A stretch of DNA of 20,000 nt from an uncultured virus (IMG/VR IMGVR_UViG_3300034279_000829) (taxonomy: Duplodnaviria; Heunggongvirae; Uroviricota; Caudoviricetes), in IMG/VR virus record IMGVR_UViG_3300034279_000829, one strand, 5' to 3'. Positions 14,556-20,000 of this stretch are shown here, piece by piece; position 1 is the first letter of the stretch, and the number at the start of each line of letters is the position of its first letter. The notes beneath the pieces were generated by a model that was not told where the DNA came from, searched no databases, and saw only the letters and a list, made by a program, of their open reading frames with translations. The position numbers were made by a program, and so were the translations under genes.

Positions 14556-14641
14556 GCCTCACCCCACATTCCGATTAGCTTTGCTTGGAGTCTTGCGACC
14601 TCGGCCTCTAGCTGACGGATCCGATTTATCAATTGTTTCAC
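14552..14641 (-). CDS. 29-aa coiled-coil peptide overlapping the nuclease 3' end
   Basis: AAGGAGGCGGAG then GTG. MKQLINRIRQLEAEVARLQAKLIGMWGEA*. Its stop overlaps the next ATG. Confidence 0.5.
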   Translation of the reverse strand: MKQLINRIRQLEAEVARLQAKLIGMWGEA

Positions 14642-15167
14642 TGTCTCCGCCTCCTTGGGTGAAGAGTCCTGTGTCACCGGCGACCATCTCCAAAAGTGTG
14701 TGTGGGTACAGAAGTGTGACGAGTTCGTCCGCGGAGCGCAAATGACTTTTTGGGGCGACGAGGGTGGGCACCTCATGCCCTCGCCCGCGATCAAAGACAA
14801 CCTGCTCAACCCATGTCTCGTCCCGGTCCAGTGCGGAGAGCCACACCCACTTTCCAGTTGGCTTGCTCTTGTAGACATAGGCAAAGTGCCGCAGGGTTTC
14901 TCTGGACAGGCCGTGCATGTCATCAACGAACACCGTGTCGTAGGGGTAGTCCTCTGGGCAGGTGAACGAGATGCTCCGCTCCTTGATCTCCAGGCTCAGC
15001 AGCACCACGGCGTCGGGCGTTTCGCAGTGATCACGGTTCTTGTTGTGCCCCTTGATCACCAGCTTGCGCCCGTGCGCCGCCGACCGGCCGGCGGAACGCA
15101 GGTCATCGACCCACGCCCGCTCGGCCTTGTGGCCATTAGTCAACGCCGACTTGAACGAACGATGCAT
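14559..15167 (-). CDS. PD-(D/E)XK nuclease-like protein
   Basis: GHKAE...TPDAVVLLSLEIKER...DYPYDTVFVD. GGAGGAG RBS. Confidence 0.68.
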   Translation of the reverse strand: MHRSFKSALTNGHKAERAWVDDLRSAGRSAAHGRKLVIKGHNKNRDHCETPDAVVLLSLEIKERSISFTCPEDYPYDTVFVDDMHGLSRETLRHFAYVYKSKPTGKWVWLSALDRDETWVEQVVFDRGRGHEVPTLVAPKSHLRSADELVTLLYPHTLLEMVAGDTGLFTQGGGDSETIDKSDPSARGRGRKTPSKANRNVG

Positions 15168-15654
15168 TGCGACTCCTCCATGAGTAAGCCCGAATCCCAG
15201 ACGAGAGTTGCCGCGTCCTGCCGTGCGTCACACGCACCTCCAAGGCCCGGCGGTACAGTTCTTCAGGCGGCGGGTCGGAGGGCTGCAGGCCCTCGTCCAG
15301 CCACTCCAGCTGCGCCGGGATGGGTTCCCGCTCCCGCAGCAGGTCGGCGTAACGACGGACGAACGCGGACCAGTCGGCGTCCTTGCCGAAGATTTCCCCG
15401 ATGTCCGCGTCGTTCAGCCCGTAGTCCAGCTGGCAGATAACGGCCAGCCGCTCCGCGCTTGGCACGCGGCCGACCTTCTTCAGGATGCGGACCACACCGG
15501 AACACACGCTGTGGTCGAACCCCAGGTCAGCGGCCACCCGCTTCGTCGTTTCCTGGTTGACGATCACTCGGTGCCAGAACGTGCCGGCGAAAGCCAATGG
15601 GTGCTGTAAAGAAACGCCACACCCGCCGCCAAAACCCAACTTTCGGTTGCTCAT
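15136..15654 (-). CDS. Putative DNA-binding protein with two HTH-like segments
   Basis: TTKRVAADLGFDHSVCSGVV and GLNDADIGEIFGKDADWSAFV. GGAGG RBS before ATG 15654. Confidence 0.55.
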   Translation of the reverse strand: MSNRKLGFGGGCGVSLQHPLAFAGTFWHRVIVNQETTKRVAADLGFDHSVCSGVVRILKKVGRVPSAERLAVICQLDYGLNDADIGEIFGKDADWSAFVRRYADLLREREPIPAQLEWLDEGLQPSDPPPEELYRRALEVRVTHGRTRQLSSGIRAYSWRSRNASFVQVGVD

Positions 15655-15766
15655 CTTTTCCTCCGTGTGTGAATGCATGCTCCGGTGGGAATGCATGCGG
15701 AACATCGAACCTCCAAAGAATCTCCGACACCGTGTCATCGACTAACAAATCGGTCTTCTCGTCCAT
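15527..15766 (-). CDS. Hypothetical protein
   Basis: GGGAGGAG RBS before ATG 15766. Bridges the helicase and HTH genes and overlaps the latter by 128 nt. Confidence 0.5.
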   Translation of the reverse strand: MDEKTDLLVDDTVSEILWRFDVPHAFPPEHAFTHGGKDEQPKVGFWRRVWRFFTAPIGFRRHVLAPSDRQPGNDEAGGR

Positions 15767-16793
15767 GTCTCCTCCCCAGTTCCTTCCTGAACATAGCCTT
15801 GATCCAGCCGTTCAGTTTCTCGTTGTAAGCCGCCCAGTGAACGTAGTGGTCAGGCAGTTCGCTCAGCTTGTAGCCGGCGAACTTTCCCTTCAGCGGGTTG
15901 TTGTAAGTGCCGACTGAGCGCGTGCCCTTCCAAGTGATGTCAACATCCTTACCGTGGATGCGACCTTCGCCACGGCCCTGCGTGTTGCGGCGCATCTCTT
16001 CGATGAGCTTGGCGCTGGCGATCTTCTCCGCCTTCTTCGCCGCCTCCTCGGCCGCGAGCGCGTCTATCTCCGCCTGCGTGAGTGGATGCTGCTCCGCCGC
16101 CTTGCGGACTTTCTCTTTGACTTCCTCGTCCTGCGCGGTGCAGAACATGTCCACGCTAGTGACAACCGTGTGATCAAGCGTTCCTGCTGTGCAGTCCACA
16201 ATCTTGAAGTGAGGCTTTCCAGATCGGGCGATTGCAGCAATGCGGGATGCAGCCGTACTCCCCTCAAAGTCAACAACACCGGGGAGGGGGCGAGTGGCTC
16301 GGCCGACACACTGAAGCCAGAAACTTCTGGAGCGGGTGGGCCTTGCGAGGATGAGGGTTGCGGTCGGTGGATAATCGAAGCCCACGGCAACCACTTGGCA
16401 GTTGACCAGAACGCGGGCCTGCTTGGATTTGAACGCAGCCAGTGCATCATTCCTCTCCTCGTCGGGCATGGTGCCCCACACACAGACAGCAGGGATTCCG
16501 TAGTTGCGGTTGAGGTATTCGGTCGCGCCCTTGGCGGCGAACACACTGGCGGTAAAGAGGACGGTCTGCCCCTCCATCTCCTCGGCGGTGATCATGCAGG
16601 CGCGGTGCAGATTCGCCTCCTTGTTCAACTCCGCCTGGAGCTTCGCTTGGTGGAAGTCGCCGCCCACAATGTTCACCTTTGAGAGGTCCAGAGACTCAAC
16701 CTTGCTCAGCTTGCAGAGAGGCGGAACGGACCATCCGTGTGCGATTGCCCACTGCAGGTCGTAGTTGCAGACTGACTGTTCGTAGAATTGCAT
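15735..16793 (-). CDS. SF2 helicase C-terminal half (HELICc) plus DUF3820-like tail
   Basis: TVLFTASV, VWGTM...R..AL..FK, VLVNCQVVAVGFDYP, ARPTRS..WLQCVGRATR (motif VI). C-terminal GKFAGYKLSELPDHYVHW. AGGAG RBS. Confidence 0.88.
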   Translation of the reverse strand: MQFYEQSVCNYDLQWAIAHGWSVPPLCKLSKVESLDLSKVNIVGGDFHQAKLQAELNKEANLHRACMITAEEMEGQTVLFTASVFAAKGATEYLNRNYGIPAVCVWGTMPDEERNDALAAFKSKQARVLVNCQVVAVGFDYPPTATLILARPTRSRSFWLQCVGRATRPLPGVVDFEGSTAASRIAAIARSGKPHFKIVDCTAGTLDHTVVTSVDMFCTAQDEEVKEKVRKAAEQHPLTQAEIDALAAEEAAKKAEKIASAKLIEEMRRNTQGRGEGRIHGKDVDITWKGTRSVGTYNNPLKGKFAGYKLSELPDHYVHWAAYNEKLNGWIKAMFRKELGRRHGREDRFVSR

Positions 16794-17296
16794 GCTTCAC
16801 TCCTAAGCATTGGCTTGCCGTCCATCCGAAACGGCGTTGCCGTGAAACCCACCACCATCGCCCCTTGTTCCTGAAAGAACTTCAGCATCTCAATGACCGG
16901 CTCGCTGCACTGCAGATGCGCCTCGTCAACGATCACCAGCTGAAAGCCGTCGAACCTGCGGTAACGCTTCTCACCACGCCGGCTGGAGAGCAGCGTCTGC
17001 TTCGATGCGACGATCACCTTGGCGGGCCAGTAGTCGCGCTCGGCAACGAAGTCGGCCATCTCAATGTCGGGATCGGTGTCGGTCGCCTGCCGCACCTTGT
17101 CCGCGGCCTGCCAGACAAGCTCACGCATCGGAGCGATGATCAGCGTCCTGCCTTCGATGCGGTCGGCCAGCGTGGAGAAGATGACCGTCTTGCCGGCGCC
17201 GGTGAACAATCCCACCAGCGCAGACTTCACGCCGCGGCGCATCGCATCCAGCAGGCTTTCGATCACTTCCGTTTGGTAGTCGCGCAGTCTGAGCAT
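16706..17296 (-). CDS. SF2 helicase N-terminal half (DEAH ATPase domain, ResIII-like)
   Basis: LRDYQ (Q motif), TGAGKT (Walker A), IAPMRELVWQ, IVDEAH, GFTATPFRMDG (motif III). Confidence 0.9.
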   Translation of the reverse strand: MLRLRDYQTEVIESLLDAMRRGVKSALVGLFTGAGKTVIFSTLADRIEGRTLIIAPMRELVWQAADKVRQATDTDPDIEMADFVAERDYWPAKVIVASKQTLLSSRRGEKRYRRFDGFQLVIVDEAHLQCSEPVIEMLKFFQEQGAMVVGFTATPFRMDGKPMLRSEACNSTNSQSATTTCSGQSHTDGPFRLSAS

Positions 17297-17312
17297 GGAA
17301 CACATCCTTGTG

Positions 17313-17399
17313 TAAGAAAGACCCGGGGGAGGGCCGGTCGGAGGTCCGGCCCTCAACCCCGGGCAAGGCGCGCGTGTTAACCCGGGACACCGCGCGCCT
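17313..17399 (-). terminator. Tandem GC-rich hairpins downstream of ssb (possible terminator/attenuator)
   Basis: AGGCGCGCG/CGCGCGCCT (17366-17374 / 17391-17399). Then CCCGGGG-GAGGGCCGG / CCGGCCCTC-AA-CCCCGGG (17322-17363), followed on the minus strand by TCTTTCTT. Confidence 0.55.
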
Positions 17400-17405
17400 G
17401 GAGGA

Positions 17406-17750
17406 TCAACGGAACTCCGAAGCGAACTCTTCCTCGTCGGCCGTCTCGCGCTTACCGCCCAGCAGGCGGATGTCGCTGACGTTCAGGATGACCTTGGATC
17501 GCTTCTGGCCATCCTTCTCCCAGACCTGCTGGTCCAGTTCGCCTTCGACCAGCACCGGCGTGCCACGCTGGAGGTACTCCACCACCGCGCCGCCCCGCCA
17601 GTATTCGCAGTCCATGAACAGAACCTTGCCCTTCTTAAAGGGCGAGTTCACCGCGATGGAGAACTTCGCAACGTCACGCTCACCAGCCTGGCGAACCTCA
17701 ACGTCGTTGGTCAGGTTGCCGATCAGAATCGAACGGTTGTAACTAGCCAT
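17406..17750 (-). CDS. ssb: Single-stranded DNA-binding protein
   Basis: NRSILIGNLTND-E-R, FSIAVN, YLQRGTPVLVEGEL...WEKDGQKRSK. Acidic tail. GGAGG RBS. Confidence 0.95.
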   Translation of the reverse strand: MASYNRSILIGNLTNDVEVRQAGERDVAKFSIAVNSPFKKGKVLFMDCEYWRGGAVVEYLQRGTPVLVEGELDQQVWEKDGQKRSKVILNVSDIRLLGGKRETADEEEFASEFR

Positions 17751-18402
17751 TTGCAACTACCTCCTTGGTGTCCCACTTCTTGGAAAACTCCGCCTTGCAG
17801 CGGTCAAACACATCACGCCCAATCGCCTTCTCGCGGAGTCGCAACTCAACGAGCTTCATCACCGTCACGGCCTCTGCCCGGTCGGCGGCATTGGCGATGT
17901 CCTTCTTCCAGCCCTGCTCAAGCTGCAGGTTCTGGACTGCCTTGGTCGGCTCGGGCCGGCTGGCCGGGCGATCCGGCACGCGGTTGTCCTCGCCATCGTC
18001 ATCCGGCTCGCCACTGAAGCCGCCGCACAGCGCCATCAGCAGCGTCCGCTTGGCATAAGTGCAGGCGCTGCCGAACGACTGCATGTCGCCCTTCGTCATC
18101 AGCAACGGAGCGATGCCCGTGATGAACTCGCCGCTCTTGTGGCGAAGGGTGCCGACCATGACCCACTGGCCATTCGCCAGCAGGCCGGGCCGAAAGTCCG
18201 GCAGGCTGATGCCGTTCTTGGTCAGCGGTCCACGCAGCGAATCGCAGCATGTCGCATATGACGAGAACCTGCTTTTGAAGTGCGGGTTCGCGGCATCCAA
18301 TGCAACGTGCTGGTACGCGGCTTGGGCAGCTGCGAGGGCCGCAGTCAGCTGGCCCGTGCTGGGGGACGATGACGGCCCCAAGATGCTGTTGTTGTCTGTC
18401 AT
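17743..18402 (-). CDS. erf: ERF-family single-strand annealing protein
   Basis: LTAALAAAQ...NPHFKSRFSS, LRHKSGEF, MQSFGSACTYAKR..L.ALCG...DDDG. Confidence 0.88.
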   Translation of the reverse strand: MTDNNSILGPSSSPSTGQLTAALAAAQAAYQHVALDAANPHFKSRFSSYATCCDSLRGPLTKNGISLPDFRPGLLANGQWVMVGTLRHKSGEFITGIAPLLMTKGDMQSFGSACTYAKRTLLMALCGGFSGEPDDDGEDNRVPDRPASRPEPTKAVQNLQLEQGWKKDIANAADRAEAVTVMKLVELRLREKAIGRDVFDRCKAEFSKKWDTKEVVANG

Positions 18403-19253
18403 ACGATCACCACCTCCTCCTCCTGGCGCTTCGCCCAGGCGGGGAACTGAAGCTCCGTGATCTCTCCAGAGTCAGCGGACTCATAGACCCCCGTCTCCCT
18501 GCGAAGACGAACCTCCTCCATCACGCGGGTCATTCGCAGACCCGCCTCCTCCACAATCTCGGTCGGCAGATAGAACACATGGACACCGTACGGGGCCATG
18601 GTCTGGACAAAGACGAACGGCATCCGGAAGTGATCCATGCCCAGAGCCTTGGCGCCCTGCACATAGAGCCACTCCTGCTCCGCGTATCCGAAGTCAATCG
18701 CGCTGCGGTAGACCTTGTCCCACGTTGACGAGGTGGTCTTCAGATCCCACCACAGAGCCGGCGTGCAGCCGTCCGGTCGCACCTTGCAGCGGTGGCCGTT
18801 GAGTTCAAAGAACGCACTGACCTGCGTCTCGTTCGTCTGCTCAATCAGCGCCTTGGCCGCGGGGTTCTCAAGGAGATGGGTCAGCATCATCTCCAGCTGC
18901 CAGCCTTCCTCTTGGTTGCAATCGACCAGACCCTTGCGGTCGGCCTCTTCCTTCCAGGCGTCGTAGGCCTTGCCCCGGCGGGAGCCGTTGCTGGCCAGCA
19001 CCTCGGCCGGCGGAATGGCCAGAACGTCAGTCAACTTTTTCCCCTCGCAGACGGCAGTGACGATGGTGTCGAACTTGCTGCCAGTGCGAGTGCCGGCGTT
19101 CCCCCCAAACAGGGAGTAGCCCATGTCCATCCACCGCTGAGCTTCGCCGCCGTACTTGGCGACGGAGTGCAGGTACGACCTGCCAAGGAAATCATTCTGC
19201 GAGTGGTAGTCGGCATTGCTCATGCCGATCACCTTGCATGGGAGCCTGTCCAT
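18399..19253 (-). CDS. RecE/Exo VIII-like PD-(D/E)XK exonuclease (DUF3799-like)
   Basis: MSNADYH...S.L, CKVRPD, WWDLKTT, Y.EQ..LY..G, FVFVQT..PY. GGAGGTGA RBS. Adjacent to erf-ssb. Confidence 0.85.
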   Translation of the reverse strand: MDRLPCKVIGMSNADYHSQNDFLGRSYLHSVAKYGGEAQRWMDMGYSLFGGNAGTRTGSKFDTIVTAVCEGKKLTDVLAIPPAEVLASNGSRRGKAYDAWKEEADRKGLVDCNQEEGWQLEMMLTHLLENPAAKALIEQTNETQVSAFFELNGHRCKVRPDGCTPALWWDLKTTSSTWDKVYRSAIDFGYAEQEWLYVQGAKALGMDHFRMPFVFVQTMAPYGVHVFYLPTEIVEEAGLRMTRVMEEVRLRRETGVYESADSGEITELQFPAWAKRQEEEVVIV

Positions 19254-19257
19254 CAGT

Positions 19258-19410
19258 TCACCTCCGTTGTGAAGAAGCCGCCTCCGTGCGGCGCACCGAA
19301 TCCCTCCAACGCCGGAACGCAACAAGCGCCCGGCCAAACTGTCCAAGAGCGAGGAACACCATGGCCGTGGCCGTGGCGTGAAAGAAAAGCAGCAAGACCA
19401 GAATGGTCAT
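19258..19410 (-). CDS. 50-aa hydrophobic peptide
   Basis: MTILVLLLFFHATATAMVFLALGQFGRALVAFRRWRD..., the 3' part of track ORF 19258..19950. Weak RBS. Confidence 0.4.
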   Translation of the reverse strand: MTILVLLLFFHATATAMVFLALGQFGRALVAFRRWRDSVRRTEAASSQRR

Positions 19411-19468
19411 CGCCGCTGCGCCTAGAATTCGGGAGAGCCACCCGCTCGGGGGGCCGCTTCGACCGATC

Positions 19469-19491
19469 CTATCCAATTGAGCTAGGGGTGC
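19469..19491 (-). other. 5' tRNA fragment (Arg-like), candidate att core
   Basis: GCACCCC-TA-GCTC-AATTGGATA-G gives the acceptor 5' strand, U8A9 and D-arm. No anticodon arm, T arm or 3' acceptor strand follows. It lies about 97 bp from the integrase start. Confidence 0.65.
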
Positions 19492-19504
19492 CATGTGGTT
19501 CGCC

Positions 19505-19513
19505 AGTATAGCA
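19505..19513 (-). promoter_or_regulatory. Extended -10 promoter element (leftward)
   Basis: TGCTATACT on the minus strand matches TGnTATAAT except at one position. The -35 element is weak. Confidence 0.45.
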
Positions 19514-19587
19514 GGGGCCTTGATAGATCCAAAAGTGGGGGTAGTCTCACCCCCCTCAACCAGATCCACAGATTTTCCGAAAACAAC

Positions 19588-20000
19588 ATGACTCTCAGAG
19601 AGTTCGCGGAGGCTTACGCCCTCCGGGTAGGGGCTAGCCCAGGCTACAGGGAGCAACTCGTTGTGCTGGCCAAGCGCCTCCCTTGGGGGGTGGCAGACTT
19701 GACCGTCGATAGCATCGATGCTTACCTGACGCAGGCCCTCGGTCATCTTGCCGCCTCCACGGTTCATAACCATCGCCGGATGCTCAGCACCCTGCGAAAG
19801 GCCGCCCTCCAAGACGGCCTGTTGGTGGACGATTGTACACGGCCTATCCGGCGTGTCAAGCACTCTTTGCCGCTGGTCCGCGCTTGGACCCATGACGAGA
19901 TGCGGCACCTGCTTTCGGTAGCCGCGGAGATGCCGGGAAACACCCTTCACTGCCCGCTGAAAGTTCTGCTGCCGGCGTGGATTCTGGTCGGCTACTCCAG
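19588..20000 (+). CDS. int: Tyrosine recombinase/integrase, N-terminal part (3'-truncated, not in ORF track)
   Basis: Open frame MTLREFAEAY...DLTVDSIDAYL...LAASTVHNHRRMLSTLRKAA...IRRVK...AWTHDEMRHLL...AWILVGYS. This is the core-binding domain leading to the expected (S/T)GLR box I, just beyond the edge. Confidence 0.75.
   Translation, partial: MTLREFAEAYALRVGASPGYREQLVVLAKRLPWGVADLTVDSIDAYLTQALGHLAASTVHNHRRMLSTLRKAALQDGLLVDDCTRPIRRVKHSLPLVRAWTHDEMRHLLSVAAEMPGNTLHCPLKVLLPAWILVGYS

Noticed and set aside
15671..15698. GAATGCATGC direct repeat
   Set aside because: Short and within coding sequence (HAF..HAF), with no supporting context.
19415..19491. Complete tRNA gene
   Set aside because: Only the 5' acceptor strand and D-arm are present. 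There is no TTCGA T-loop or complementary 3' acceptor strand.
14655..19511. Long plus-strand ORFs (14655..15440, 15954..16682, 16679..17380, 18792..19511)
   Set aside because: Antisense shadows of well-supported minus-strand genes in GC-rich DNA, with no motifs or RBS.
19411..19950. Long minus-strand ORF 19258..19950
   Set aside because: Mostly the antisense shadow of the integrase. Only the last 50 codons are plausible.

Overview
This window is a 20-kb segment of a GC-rich, probably temperate tailed phage or prophage. A Planctomycetota host is my impression from several small-protein families, not a database result. It has three blocks. (1) 1-6309, + strand: a class II glutamine amidotransferase and COOH-NH2 amidoligase pair, about 15 small coupled hypothetical genes with strong GGAGGTGA ribosome-binding sites, and a serine recombinase. 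(2) 19410->6185, - strand: a long, mostly overlapping gene run. It carries RecE-like exonuclease, ERF annealase, SSB and an SF2 helicase split into two genes. It continues with HTH and PD-(D/E)XK proteins, a ~350-nt structured non-coding gap, HNH, degenerate SNase, Holliday-junction resolvase, a zincin-like protein and DUF1599. It ends with a subtilisin plus papain-like protease cassette among small membrane/secreted proteins, and a sigma-70-family factor. (3) 19588->end, + strand: the N-terminal part of a tyrosine integrase, preceded by a 23-nt 5' tRNA fragment (attP candidate). The most notable items are the strand-specific structured RNA candidate (12583-12932), the dual-protease membrane cassette, the 17-nt RBS-bearing insert splitting the helicase, the 5'-tRNA att candidate with its own promoter, and CsrA-type GGA hairpins over several RBSs. 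All family calls come from motif recognition only; no searches were run.
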